DNA of 62,806 bases, filler included, from Basidiobolus ranarum (Eukaryota), in assembly GCA_040143965.1 (NCBI GenBank). It is 21 parts of 21 records of this genome, joined end to end, with 100 filler letters (N's around TTAATTAATTAA, not from the genome) between each part and the next. Parts side by side here need not be neighbours in the genome. Positions count along the whole stretch, not along the records: positions 12,027 to 14,930 come from JASJQH010009756.1; positions 15,031 to 17,932 come from JASJQH010009757.1; positions 18,033 to 20,932 come from JASJQH010009758.1; positions 21,033 to 23,929 come from JASJQH010009759.1; positions 24,030 to 26,926 come from JASJQH010009760.1; 16 more parts are not named here. One strand, given 5' to 3'. Positions 11,927 to 25,014 of this stretch are shown piece by piece. Both the position numbers and the translations under genes were made by a program. Each line of letters begins with the position of its first letter. The first letter of the stretch is position 1. The notes beneath the pieces are model-generated. The model did not search any database. It was not told the DNA's origin and saw nothing but the letters and a program-made list of their open reading frames with translations.

Positions 11927-12026
11927 NNNNNNNNNNNNNNNNNNNNNNNNNNNNNNNNNNNNNNNNNNNNTTAATTAATTAANNNNNNNNNNNNNNNNNN
12001 NNNNNNNNNNNNNNNNNNNNNNNNNN

Positions 12027-12140
12027 GTAAAACAAATATTCTGGTATCTGAGAGGAACTGCAGATCTAGTTCTGGAATATCCTGACGCTCCTGATGCACA
12101 AAATATTGAAGGCTATAGTGCTACAGCCTGGGGAAAACGC
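12027..12140 (+). mobile_element. Copia RT/RNase H junction fragment
   Basis: VKQIFWYLRGTADLVLEY...EGYSATAW resembles the KR..RYL.GT...GY.DADW consensus. Confidence 0.7.
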
Positions 12141-12395
12141 TGTTGAAGGATCTTGACATAATGGGGGTAGACTTTGTGACTTATATAGTAAAAAAGTAAA
12201 TCAATTGTTTGAGATATTCAGGAGTTTGTGTAATAAGAGATAATAGATTAGTGGGGGTAATAAGACATACTTGTTATATAGATATAAAGTTATTTGCATT
12301 TAGAATATAGGTGCAATAAATATGTTGCTTTCTGCTGATATATGTAGCATAACTAAAGTTAAATATGATGTTGAATAAAGATTAATTATCCAACA
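12141..12395 (-). mobile_element. 3' LTR of the contig-5 copia element (family F, 255 bp)
   Basis: Perfect TGTTG...CAACA termini; on the minus strand it is preceded by the polypurine tract AAGGGAAGG right after RNase H. Confidence 0.8.
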
Positions 12396-14930
12396 CCTTC
12401 CCTTAATTCTTGTTCAGCATTGTGCTTATATTCACTAATGTATATTCCTGCTCTTAACTTCTCAAAGCTTGAAGTTTTGAGTGGTTTTGTTAGTATATCT
12501 GCCAGCGTGTTATCAGTATTACAATATATGAAGTTCACTTCTTTGTCTTTAACTTTCTCTTGTATAAAATGATGTTTTATGTCAATATGTTTCATCCTTC
12601 AGTGATGCTCAGGATTCTTGGTGATCAGAATACAACTAATATTATCTTGCTATATTGGGGTAGGAGTAACTTAATCAGATCCTAGTACCTTGAGAAGACT
12701 CCTTAGCCATATAGCTTCCTGAACAGCCATAGAGCTTGCCATATATTCTGCTTCTGTAGCTCATAAAGTGACAGTTTGTTGCTTTTTGCTAATCCAGCTT
12801 ATTGGCCTTTCTGCTAGCTTAAACACATATCCAGCACTGGATTTACAGTCTTCTGTATTATTAGGCCAGTCTGCATCAGCATATCCTTCCAAAATAAGTG
12901 ACATGTTGTACTACTTACTAAATTGAATTCCATTATATATTTTTCCTTTCATATAGCATATTGTCTGTTTCACAGCTCTCCAATGTTCCATTGCAAGATT
13001 TTCATATATTTGCTTACTATGCTTACTGCTGTAGCAATATTAGGCCTAGTACCAGTTGTTGCATATATGAGACTTCCAACTGCATTATGGTAAGGAATAT
13101 GTTTCATAATTTCAATATCTTCAAAGGTCTTTGGTTCCATATTCTTGGTGAGTTTCAGCATACATTGTGGATTTGAAGCTGTTTTATACTCTGACATATT
13201 GAATCTGTTCAAAACATCTCCAATATATTTTTCTGCTGTAATACAGAGTGTTCCAATAGTGAAATTTTCATGTATCTGCATTCCAAGACAGTATGCTGGT
13301 GATCCAAGATCTTGCATTTCATACTTGGTAGATAGCCAGGTCTTAGTTTGTTTCATTAGATTTGAGCAATTACTAACTATTATGATATCATCAACATAGA
13401 GCAATTATCACTTTGGTGGCTTTAATAGTCTTGAAGTATATGCAATGATCAGCTTTGCTACAATGGAAAAGATGTTTCATGAAGATCTGAATGATTTTGG
13501 TATTCCATGTGCAAGGAGCCTGTTTACACCATATGGACTTCTCTGTAGTTTGCATACTTGATGTTTTTTTCCTTTTGTAATATATCCCTCTGGTTGATCC
13601 ATATATATATCTTCTTCAATTTCTCCATTCAGAAATGCTGTCTTGACATCCATTTGTTTAATCAGCATTCCTTGGTGCGTACCAATGGCTAGGATTACTC
13701 TGATTGAGGTAAACTTAGCAACAGGAGAAAATATTTCATCATAGTCAATGCCATGTTTCTGAGCATAGCCTTTTACTACTAATCTTGCTTTGTACCAGTT
13801 GATAGATCTATCTAAGTTATGTTTTAGTTTCAGCACCTATCTATTACCAATAGTTTTTCTTCCAGTAGGTTAGTCCACAAGGATCCATGTGTTATTCTTC
13901 ATTAGGGAGTGAATTTCATCATTAGTGGCTTTTCTCCATTCTGTCACTTCATCAGATTTCAGAGCTTGTGTCAAATTTTCTGGTTCAGAAAGTGCTATAT
14001 GTGCAGATATATTCCACCCTTTTTCTGAATTAACACTGTTGATTTCATGCTCTGATTTGAGACATCCAAAGTCCTTAGTAGAATGTCAGATGTTTCACTT
14101 ACAGGATGTTTCTGATTTCCACCTGGTAGGATTTCTGAGACCTGATTGCCTGAATTTTGTGATTGATTGAATAATTGTTGTGATTGATAGCATACTTCCA
14201 ATAATTGATTGCATCCAATATTAGCCAAATTGAGAGTGGGATATTTCTTAAGTATGTGATTGGACAGAAAATTATGCCTTATGTCTGAGCCCAATTTCCT
14301 GCTTCCTGATTAGCTGGAAATGTATCCTTTTTCTGATTACCATATTTTTCATTGGCAGTGATAATATGCTGACTTCCAAAAGCTGATTCCAAATTATTGG
14401 TATCCTCAGAGTAGTTATCATGTTTTCTGATATAAATTGGTTCATTTCCAATGCTCCCTAATGTTTCACTACTTGTATAGCTGCTCAATTCCAGAATATT
14501 ATATAATAGTTTGTTCTCCTTGGTTACAGAATATCATATAATGGTTTGTTCTCCTTGGTTTCAGTATTTGTAGTGAAGTTTGAGACAGGATTATTGCTTG
14601 TTGGTTTTCAGCTAGGAATATTCACCACAGAGATTGGTAATGATTTGAGCTTTGTCATATATTCATTGATGGATGATGTTGTAGACCATGTCCCAGATGT
14701 GATATTTGCTAAATTTGTATAATGTTGATAGATAATTTCAGATTCTCAATTTGGCCTAACTCCAGTAACTATTTCCAATGTATCATTTTCCAAGTTGGTT
14801 TCAGTACTCATTAGCTCAAGATTGGTTTCAGAACTTGTTAACTCAGAATTTGAGTTATTGAGAAATTGATTTTCAGCCAAAATCAAATTCCCTTGATTAG
14901 AAGATTTGAGATTTTCTTCAATGAATATAG
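12396..14930 (-). mobile_element. Ty1/copia pol (linker, RT, RNase H), degenerate
   Basis: [58 protein letters not shown] and ADILTKPL. Confidence 0.95.
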
Positions 14931-15030
14931 NNNNNNNNNNNNNNNNNNNNNNNNNNNNNNNNNNNNNNNNNNNNTTAATTAATTAANNNNNNNNNNNNNN
15001 NNNNNNNNNNNNNNNNNNNNNNNNNNNNNN

Positions 15031-16183
15031 AATAAAGTTTTTCATATCCAATTACAAAATCTTTGCACAGTTGCTTTATCTGCCTGAAATCTGCCAATGT
15101 GAGTTGATGCCATAAAAATATATTAACAATATCAACTAACATCTCCCAATGTTGCCAATACTTATCAGGCTGGAATGTTTTCAAAATTCCACTTGAATAT
15201 ATACAAATCCAATACTTCCAGTCTTTGCATTTGAATAAACACCTAGATGAGTGGATATTGATGGGAGTCCTAGTAAAATATGATGGTGTCTTGATGCTAT
15301 CAAGCATTTTCCCAATTGATTCAAACTTTGATCCTATCTTGAATGGTTCATTCATATTGAATTTTCCACTATATAGCTGAGTAAGTAGTATTGGAACATT
15401 GTTGAATAGTAAGTGCATAGTGCCTAATGGGAAGCTCTGGCTCCAGCTGATCCCCTTTAGCAATATAAACTTAGTCTTACAGCTAATACCAAGCTTGATG
15501 TTAGCCTGACTATTTGGTGAATTGATATCAGTGATCATATTGAAATCTGACCAGGCTCTTGATGGTAAAATTATGAAGTTTACTGTTGTATTTAGATAGT
15601 AGTAATGCATATGCCTGTTAGAGTAAACTCCATTGATTTGACAAAATCTACTGCAAGATAGTGTATTGTGCCTACAAAACCTCCAAGTTTACTGATGGCA
15701 GGAGTGTCACCAATACATACAATGATATTAGCTTTAATAAAATATTCACCATTCTGAACTTGATTAGACAACCATTCAAATTCTGTAATCAAAGGCTCCA
15801 AGAAGCTATTTATAAGCACTGGTAATTTAGGACCATATATGATGGGTAGTATCATAATATTATGACTCTTAAACTATTGAGAAGGAGGAAGATTTAAATT
15901 GATGAAAATTATTGGCCAGCAAGCCTTACCAATGATATATTTGTTTGATGAGAAACCATCCAGAGCCTATGCAAATGCATGATCATACATGTTGTCAAAG
16001 AAGCCTTGACTTTCCAGATTCTGGTAGTGATATCCATGAAGAATATTGGTAATACCATCAGCTTTATGGTCAGTACTTTGGTATTGGATCAGTGATCTAT
16101 TTCTGGGTGATTTCATCAAAACTATAAGATGGGAATCAACGGTACATAAGCCAAAAATGAGCAATATATACCTGATTCAGTAA
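15031..16183 (-). mobile_element. CACTA-like tnp2 (Transposase_21) core, degenerate
   Basis: LDGF...WPIIFINLNLPPS, FLEPLITEFEWL, IGDTPAISKLGGF.GH, WSQSFPLGTMHLLFNN and FVIGYEKLY. Confidence 0.88.
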
Positions 16184-17568
16184 TTGCCAATTGTGTGCAA
16201 ACTGGATGGTTTCTTCCTAAACAAATATAACATTAGAAAGGCTTACTGGCCAATAAATTTAATTAACTTAAATCTTTGTCCTTCTGAATGGTATAAGAGT
16301 CATAATATTTTGATACTATCCATCATATCTGGATCTATGTCACCAGTGCTTATAGATAGCTTCTTGGTGCTTTTGATTAAAGAATTTGAGCAGTCATCTG
16401 ATGCAGTTCAGATGCATTCAACAATATTCCAATACTACCTACTTAGCTATATAGTCAAAAATCCATGATTTGAGATAGGATAAAAGCTTACATTGATCTG
16501 GAAAATGCTTAAAAATGTTGAGATACCATCATATTTTACCTGGACTCCCAGCAATATCCACTCATCTATGCATTTATTCTATTGAAAAGACTGGAAGTAT
16601 TGCATTTGTTTATATTCAAGTAGAGTGTTAAAAGGATTTCTGCCTGATAAGCATTAGCTAAATTGGGAGTTGTTTGTGGATAGTGTTACTTTGATCTTAC
16701 CGCATCAACTCACATTGACAGATCTCAGGTAGATAAAGTGACTGTGAAAATATTTTGTAATTGGATATGAAGGACTTTGTGACAGGTTTAAAGAAGATAA
16801 ACTGAATTTGTGCCAGTATTCAATATATTCGCTGCATTATTTTTCACTATGTGTAGAGACTTTAGGCTCTTGCTACACATTCTGGGAGTTCCCCATGGTG
16901 CAGACCTACAGTGAAATGATGCACCCTGTCAAACTGTTAGTCTGACTGTATGCTAATTGAACTAACAATGTATCAGCAAAATCAGTGATTGCTGTAATGC
17001 AATGGGTTAAGGAGACTCTAAAGTTTATTAACCTTCCAACAAAGGACTCATTTCAAAGTGCTTGTGGGTTTGTGCATTGTTTGAGCATAATAACAGCAAC
17101 AAAACCCAATCCATGGACTCAGTGTAAGTACCTCTATGATTTGGACTAACTGGTTTGTGTGAAAACCTGAAGAAATTACTAGGAAAGTGGCAAGACAGAC
17201 TTCTTGGTGAGATAGATTGAGATATGCAGCATTTGTGTTTTAGCAATGAAATAATTAATTCAACTAATGATGCATCTACTTATTGCAGGACATTTGTTGA
17301 CTACGAGACAGGGATATTATGGCTGAATACTTTGTGGAGATTTACAAGAATCCAAGAGCTTATTGTTGTTGTGAATGGTAACAAGAGTCAGCTAACTACC
17401 TAGTTTCAGTGCTACACAAAAATGTGGATGTTCAGCAATTTTTCCACTGTTAGTTTGCTAGTAAAGCATATTGATGTTGTTGAGTCATGTCCAGTCAGTC
17501 AAGTATGTGCTTATATAGAGACTAAACACAACAAGATTCTTGTATTTTTCGATTCTCATTATGGCTGG
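16184..17568 (+). mobile_element. Second tnp2 copy, inverted relative to the first and internally deleted
   Basis: LDGFFLNKYNIRKAYWPINLINLNL through KHIDVVESC...FFDSHYGW. Confidence 0.85.
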
Positions 17569-18141
17569 GAGTCAGGGAGCTTCGGGTTTAGCGAGGGGGC
17601 CTCCTGACTCCCCCCCCCCCTCGGGAGGGGTAAGGGAGCAAGCTTCGGCAACCCAAGTGGGCCACCCCCCGGGGGTGAGGAGGGTGGGAGAGGGGGGGGG
17701 GATTTGGGGATAAACCCCCCCTCCCCTTTTTCAGTAGGGAGTTAGGGGGGCCAAGAACGGGTGCGACTTGGTTATGGGGATCCGGGCGGCTATCCTCCCC
17801 CCCCCCCTTGCCGATCAAAGATTGGCCGAGGGGGGAGGGCGTTTACCCCCCCCCCGGGGGGGCAGGGGGGGGGGGGAGGGGGGGGGTAAAGAGGGCCCGG
17901 GCCCAGGGCTATTGAGTAAAGAAAAAAAATAANNNNNNNNNNNNNNNNNNNNNNNNNNNNNNNNNNNNNNNNNNNNTTAATTAATTAANNNNNNNNNNNN
18001 NNNNNNNNNNNNNNNNNNNNNNNNNNNNNNNNTATTGTCACAATATCTCAAAAGATTGATGTCTTGATTGTCACTTTGTTTAGATTAGTATTTAAGCTAA
18101 ATAAAGTCTACACCATCTGGTGCTTTTCATCCCCCTAAACC

Positions 18142-18790
18142 CTTAGTGTGGAGGCAGTTAGCGATTTGCTGCAAAGGTGCTGCGGATCCTTCTGTACCGT
18201 CAACGATGTCACTCTTTTCAAGTCTATTGAGCATTTGAGACATGCCAAGGTCACCAACGAGATCGAAGAGCGACTATCCCTCTTGAGAGAATCTCTCTGA
18301 CTTTTCAACAGAGTAGCTGAGCATCTTCCGCTCATCAAACTTCAGGAAATCTGTGAAGACTTCAAGCTGTTGAGATTCCACATGGGCGCTGTCGAACCTG
18401 GACTAACATGCGCCAAGGAGCAAGGTCCAGCGGGTTACACAATCTCCTTTTTCCACGACAATGCCCCGTCATCCGACTTCCGAATGGAGTTCTACAAGAA
18501 GCGCATTAGATGCTATAAGTGTGTGTTCTCCACCCTGCTTACCGCCAACTCCCCATACCAGCAAACCAAACTCTCGGCTGAAGATTCCGAGATAACTCTT
18601 CAAGACAATGAGATATTCAGAGCACAGGTGTTCCAAAAGGCACTATCATTGGATGACATGCTGTTCCATTTCCAACTTTACGATTGGTATATTGCCCAAG
18701 GCCTTGTTCAACAGCTATTGGAAGTGCAAACACCTTGCGTCGAAGATTATCTTCAAAGAGAGCCACTTACCCTGGAGAAGTTGGATCTTC
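18142..18790 (+). pseudogene. NUP170: Nup155/Nup170 nucleoporin internal fragment with a premature stop
   Basis: LQRCCGSFCTVNDVTLFKSIEHL...LRESL*LF...GAVE.GL.CA...RIRCYKCV...DDMLFHFQLYDWYI.QGL..QLLEVQTP.VEDYL. In-frame TGA at 18298-18300; similarity stops abruptly at both ends inside the contig. Confidence 0.8.
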
Positions 18791-19984
18791 AATCCTTAAT
18801 AATTCTAACCGTCCAGACTTGACACTATCTGTTTTGTACTTCTTGACCATTTGATGTTGATTAATGCGTAACCTGCATTGATGAAACAAAAGTAGCAATT
18901 CCTTCGTAACCTTACGTAAAAGATTGACTACACTTGGTCAGTATCAGGAATGGTCATCGTACATGTTAGATCTATGTTGGTACAGAATGTATATAAATCT
19001 CGCTGTTATTGTGTAATTCGAACTAAATCACATAGCTAGCTACTATAACCGACACAACTTCAAATAGGGATTTATGAATTCATACGATATTGGAATTCAT
19101 AGAAAAGATCTTCAGTTTGGTTTTTAACTTATTTACCATGCATGGGAAACTGGACTTCACTTCAACTATCCATTTGATCCCATTCAGCTATTTGCTCTAA
19201 TTGATTGAAATATTCTTTCAACTCATGGAAATCATTGCCAAAGAATGAAAGGTCTCAGAATTAAAGCTCTAAGTGGGGGAGACAATGGATCTGAGGTTGA
19301 GTAAAATCTCTAGTGATAAGTTCAATGAGCATAATTGTGTGTTATACGATGCTTGGTTGATTTTACACTCTTCCAAGGACGGAAGTATCTCCCTAATTAA
19401 GACCATTTTCCAATTTTAGACATATTACTCCGTTACCAGATTCTCGGATAGAAGTATTACTGGCTTAGTCTGGCCAAAGAATAGATGGAGCTTACAGAAG
19501 AACAGATATGAGCCAGAGAATATGTGATTAGTAATGTACCAATAAGAAGTATTGCTGGTACAGATAGAGTTAAAGGGAAGAGACAACAATAGTGATCAAT
19601 AAGCGGATAGATAGGTGTATTTGGCCTTTTTTGGATGACAAATCAAAAGGAGCATAGCACTGCATGGCAAGAATGTATGACTTTTATGCATGGTTTTTCA
19701 TAACCCAATGACTGTTTAGAGCAATTATACTTCTGTAACATGATGAATGTAATGATTTGTAGTGCTGTAAAGATATTTCCAAGATCCAAGAGTATTGAAG
19801 ATAGAGCTAAGCAAGTTGTTTCATCAAGATCATGGTAAAAAGCACCAATAGAATGATTACAGGGGAAATGAGCTAAGTTATTGAAGCATAGAGTATTCCT
19901 CAAAGTTGACTCTTTGTTACCCTTATACTACTAGTCTTTTGTGAGGTAAATCTAGATGGAATTTTGTAAACCTAACATGAACAT

Positions 19985-20317
19985 AGCTTAAGCACCTATA
20001 TAGTCATATATTGCTTAGTAGTTAGGTATTCTATATTTCACTAAGATATCACCAACAATTCTCCAAAGGAACTTGCTTGGAATATTGACACCAACTCAAA
20101 AGTTCTCAGGAATATGAAATTTTCAAATTTGTGCTAGAAGCCCCAAACTTTGCACATATGTTCCTGGGACTTTTCTTAACACACTCACTACAATAGTTTG
20201 CTTATATCTTGACAAAATTATAATTGTCAACTTTCTACTCAATAAATCCATAAGTGAAAACCACCAATTCCTCTAATTCTCCAAACCACTTCCAACAGGC
20301 TCCCAAATACTTTAACA
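19985..20317 (+). mobile_element. Copia LTR family A, 5'-eroded
   Basis: Ends ccaacaggctcccaaatactttaaca. Confidence 0.85.
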
Positions 20318-20579
20318 ATATTTGTTAAACTCAACAAGGTTTAGAGTGAGGGCTATGATCAATCAATAACGAATGTGATGGCTATCCGAATACAGAAGAG
20401 TCATTGCTGATCTCTTTGGTAGAAAATAAAGTTCACACACTATAAGGGTATGTGAATCTCATAACAGTTCTCAGGACTCTTGATTTTTCTTTTTTTGGGA
20501 AATGATTGACATTTAGTATGATTTCAAGTGTAACTTGGCAGAGAAGAAATACTGAATATCCTCACCACCGTTGGATGAA

Positions 20580-20932
20580 TCATATGTCAGTACAAGTACC
20601 GTTCTGACGCTGGCATCCACTTGGACACGGTGCTTGGGGGTCGAACTGCCATTTGAACCATTTGTCTGTTTGTTCACGTAAGACATTTGGAACAATCTCT
20701 GTGTCAACGAAATGTTCTTTGGGTGAACGATTCGTAATCTCCCAGCTAGGGATTTGAATTTGGCCACGTCCATACTTGGTGATGGTTGCAATGGAAGAAG
20801 CATACACCATACGGCCCAAACGAGAAAACATGATTGCTCCTTGGCACATGGCGCATGGTTCACCAGTGGTATACATGGTTAACTCTTTCCAAAAGTCGTA
20901 GTTTATACCGTTACCAGGGTAGATATCTGAGC
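20580..20932 (-). CDS. Zinc-dependent nucleoside/guanine deaminase (CDA fold), C-terminal half; 5' truncated
   Basis: FWKELTMYTTGEPCAMCQGAIMFSRLGRMVYASS (PCxxC motif), fungal-type WQF..APCP.GC...C tail, and stop at 20580-20582. Confidence 0.88.
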
Positions 20933-21032
20933 NNNNNNNNNNNNNNNNNNNNNNNNNNNNNNNNNNNNNNNNNNNNTTAATTAATTAANNNNNNNNNNNN
21001 NNNNNNNNNNNNNNNNNNNNNNNNNNNNNNNN

Positions 21033-21047
21033 TTATTTTTGTTAGGG
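21033..21047 (+). mobile_element. CACTA-like Tnp-side terminus
   Basis: ttatttttgttaggg. Confidence 0.7.
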
Positions 21048-21050
21048 ATG

Positions 21051-21266
21051 GGGCTCATAACCTATTGGGAAAATATGGGCTGTTTGGAGGAACTTTAGAA
21101 AAGTGGATTTGTGAATAGCTTTGTGAGATAATTATTTATTGTCCAGAAATAAAGCATTTATATATTTCAAAGGAAATAGAGAAAACTAACAATGGGGTTG
21201 TGTTCAGAACATCTGTGGGAGTGAAATGAGCTAATTTTGGGGCAATTTGGATGAGTTTGCAACTTT
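21051..21266 (-). mobile_element. PBS (21051-21062) and 3' half of a 5' LTR, copia family C
   Basis: The minus strand reads ...cagcccatattttcccaata-GGTTATGAGCCC; homologous to 54150-54334. Confidence 0.85.
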
Positions 21267-23550
21267 CAATACCAAAAATCAGTCTAAATTTGATCCAAAA
21301 AGTAAGAAATGCATACTTATGAGTTTTTGTACTCAAACTAAGGCTTACTGACTCTATAGTACTGAAACCTCAAAGTTAATCAAGTTCAGGAATGTTTTCT
21401 TCAATGAAAATGGAATATTTTCAACTAAGATTACCTCAGATAATGACAAAAATCAATTTTTGCCTGATCCAATTTTCCAAATTGATTCAAAGCAAAATGA
21501 AGAAGAAAATAGCATTCCTGCGGACCTTCCAACAAATATTTGGCCTACTGAGGTGCCTAATACAATGCCAGAAGTTGTAGTACCTTTATTCCAAACCAGG
21601 AGATCAAATTGGATCAGAAAAGCCCTGATTACTATATCAATGAGTCCCAAAATTGGGCCTATGTCTGCACAGCTCTCATACATGAGCCCCAGACTGTAAA
21701 AGAGGACCTGAATGGCTATCACACAGAATTTTGGAGATCTGCAATGGCTGATGAGTACCAAGCTTTGATGGATAATCCAAAGTGGATTTTAACCAACTTA
21801 CCTGATGATAAAAAATCAATTGGCTACCAAAGGGTGTTTAAAATCAAGTACAATGCTGATGGCAAAATTAAGAGGTATAAGGCTAAACTAGTAGCCAAAG
21901 GCTATTCCTAAACAATAGGAATGGATTATACAGAAACTTTTGCTCCTTTAGCAAAGTCTAATTCAATTTGATTGATTTTATTAGTTACAGCTAAATATCA
22001 GTTTATTTACATCAAATGGATGTCAAAATTTCCTTTTTAAATGATGGGCTTGCTGAGGAAATCTATATGGACCAGCCAGATGGATTTGTGGACCCAGAGA
22101 TTTCTAAAAAAGTCTGCAGTCTCTGGGGAAACACTCTATGACTTAATACAATCTTCAAGGGCTTAGAATAGCAAGATAGATGCTTTTTTGGAAACACTCA
22201 AATTCCAATCAAGTAACACTGACTGTGGCACCTACTTAAGGCTAGATAACACAAACCCAGTTTTATTAACCTTATATCTAGATGACCTTATTATTGCAGC
22301 TGATGATTTAGAGACTTTGGGGAGAACCACATCCAGCTTAGTTGCAGAATTCAAAATAATTAATCTTGGTGAACTGACATATTTTCTTGGAATCCAAATT
22401 TAGAGAGATAAAAATATCAAAAAATATCTTTAAACCAGTCTAAGTATATCCTATATATACCACAGAAGTTAAAAATGCATGAATATAATCCAGTATATTC
22501 CTCACTGGAGTCAAATCTCAACTTGACTAAAAATGGCTCAAATCAGACATTCTAAGATTTAAATGAAGCCTGAAATTTTGTTATCAATCCATGGTTGGTA
22601 GTTTGATGTGTATCTTGGCTGGACCATGGCCAGATATTTCATTCTCTGTGGCAGTTATATGCCAATGTCCTCAAATTTTGGTACTGAGCAATCCATGGCA
22701 GTTAAGTGGTTTTCAGACATTTGAAAGGTACTGTTGATTGGCATTTAAAATACACATATTCCGGATCAAACTCTGATCTGATGGAATACTTAGATGCAAC
22801 TGGGAAGAGATATTGAAGATAGGAGATCTACAACAGGATACATATTTCTTTGATTTAATGGAGCTATGTCTTGGAATTCAAAGAAACAACCTACTGTGGC
22901 ACTTTCAATAACAGAAGCCAAATACATGGCTGCCTGTAAGGCAACAAAAGAAGCAATATGGTCAAGAAAACTCCTAACAGATTCAGGCTATTCCCAACAT
23001 TCACCAACTCCAATATTTTAAGATAATCAAAGTTGTATCAAATTAGCAAAAAATCCATTATTTCATTATAGAAGAAAACATATGGATATTGGATATCACT
23101 TTATTAGAGAGACTATAGAGAATAAGTTTATTGACTTGACCTATTGTTCTGCAGAAGACATGATTGCTAATATATTAACCAAACCATTAGCTAGACAGAA
23201 ATTTGAGAAATTTAGACCTTTATTAGGATTAGTTCATATGACTTTTTAGTTGAGGGAGAGTGATGTAATTAATATTGCCTAAACACCTATATAGTCAAAT
23301 ATAGCTTAGTACTTAGTTATCTTGAAATTCACAAAGATATTATCATTTATTCTCAATTGGAATTTACCAAGATATTTTTACCAACTTTGAAGTTCTCAGA
23401 TATATGAGTTTTTCAAACTTATGCTAGAAGCCCCAAACTTTGCACACATGTTCCGGGGACCTTTCTTAATGCATTCTACACACTTTTTGTTTACAACTTG
23501 ACAAAACTATAAATGTCAACTTTCCACTCAATAAATCAATAAGTGAGAAC
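21267..23550 (+). mobile_element. Ty1/copia family A: integrase end, RT, RNase H, PPT (23252-23260) and 3' LTR-A (23261-23550, truncated)
   Basis: YKAKLVAKGYS, LYLDDLII and WNSKKQPTVALS.TEA, then GAGGGAGAG followed by the LTR. Confidence 0.95.
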
Positions 23551-23818
23551 TGTTGATGTTTATTGTCTTCATCATATGTGTTATCTCTATCTTTTTACAC
23601 CTAACTATTTCATATATCACATATAAGTAAGCTAACATTACTCAGTCAAATATCACTTGACTGAAAATTGGAACATATATTATATATATATGTGAATAAT
23701 GTGAGAATTAGTAATTCCATATTAGAAATTTCAAACTCTCCATATTGCCACATAAGTAGCTCATTTTACTCCCACAGATGTTCTGAACATAGCCCCAGTG
23801 TTATTTTTCTGTATTTCA
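23551..23818 (+). mobile_element. Copia LTR family C 5' part, interrupting LTR-A
   Basis: Starts TGTTGATGTTTATTGTCTTCATCA; homologous to 39451-39827 (-) and 54005-54322. Confidence 0.8.
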
Positions 23819-23929
23819 TAAAGCATATTGATGTTGTTGAGTTATGTCTAATCAGTCAAATATGTGCATATGTAGAGACTAAACACAATGAGATTCTTGT
23901 ATTTTTTGATTCTCATTATGGCTGGAATA
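23819..23929 (+). mobile_element. CACTA-like transposase C-terminal fragment
   Basis: KHIDVVELCLISQICAYVETKHNEILVFFDSHYGW. Confidence 0.85.
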
Positions 23930-24029
23930 NNNNNNNNNNNNNNNNNNNNNNNNNNNNNNNNNNNNNNNNNNNNTTAATTAATTAANNNNNNNNNNNNNNN
24001 NNNNNNNNNNNNNNNNNNNNNNNNNNNNN

Positions 24030-24764
24030 GAATTTGAAGAAACAACTCACTGTAGCACTTACAACAGCAGAAGCTGAATAAATGACTGCCTGTGAGGCAA
24101 CAAAAGAAGTAATATAGTCAAGAAAACTCTTAACAGATTTAGGTTATTCTCAAAACTCACCAACTACAATATTTCAAGATAATCAAGGTTGCATCAAATT
24201 AGCTAAAAACACATGTTTCATAATAGAAGCAAACATATAGATGTTAGGAATCACTTCATTAGAAATACTGTAGAGAATATGTTTATTGATTTAATTTATT
24301 GTTCTATAGAAGACATGAATGCAGATATATTAACCAAACCATTAGCTAGACAGAAATTTGAGAAATTTAGACCTTTATTAGGATTAGTTTATATGACTAT
24401 TTAGTTGAGGGAGAATGTTGAAAGTAGCATTGCCTAAACACCTATATAGTCATATATAGCTTAGTACTTAGTTATTTTATAATTCACTAAGATATTTTCC
24501 ATTATTCACAATTGGAATTTACTTGTAATATTTTTACCAACTTAGAAGTTCTCAGGTATATAGATTTTTTCATACTTGTGCTAGAAGCCTCAAACTTTGC
24601 ACCAATGTTCCTGGGACCTTCCATAACACATACCTTACATTAGTTTGTTTCCATCTTGACAAAACTATAAATGTCAACTTTCTATTCAATAAATTAATAA
24701 GTGAAAACAACCAATTCCTCTAATTCTCCACACTGCTTCCAACAGGCTCCCAAATACTTCAACA
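24030..24764 (+). mobile_element. Copia family A RNase H, PPT and complete 3' LTR-A (24416-24764)
   Basis: HNRSKHIDVRNHFIR...ADILTKPL, then GAGGGAGAA-TGTTGAAA...TACTTCAACA. Confidence 0.93.
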
Positions 24765-24975
24765 AATTCTGCAATAGCTGTAGATCCACCAATAATGATC
24801 TGATTCTTATGATTCTCAATATAGTTCAATAGCTCTATTTCTGGAGATAATGTTCTGAGTAAAAGTTACCGCTTTGATGAAATGTAGATGCTATGTGTGA
24901 TCAAAAACCCCTGTTCCCTTTCTTGCACTATAAAATTTTGTAAGATAGCAATGTATAAGATTTTTCCTTCTATTA
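24765..24975 (-). mobile_element. Possible LINE APE endonuclease remnant
   Basis: EGKILYIAI...ITHSIYIS...LLNYIENHKNQIIIGG resembles the GR.L...N.Y.P...IIGGDFN pattern; one stop, and the key DFN is missing. Confidence 0.3.
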
Positions 24976-25014
24976 ATATCAGAGATATTGTTCAAGTAGT
25001 TCCAAAACAACAAT

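Noticed and set aside
17569..17932. Very GC-rich tract with long G and C runs (G-quadruplex-like) and a 76-aa ORF
   Set aside because: It is an abrupt switch at a contig end with homopolymer noise, typical of a low-quality read tail.
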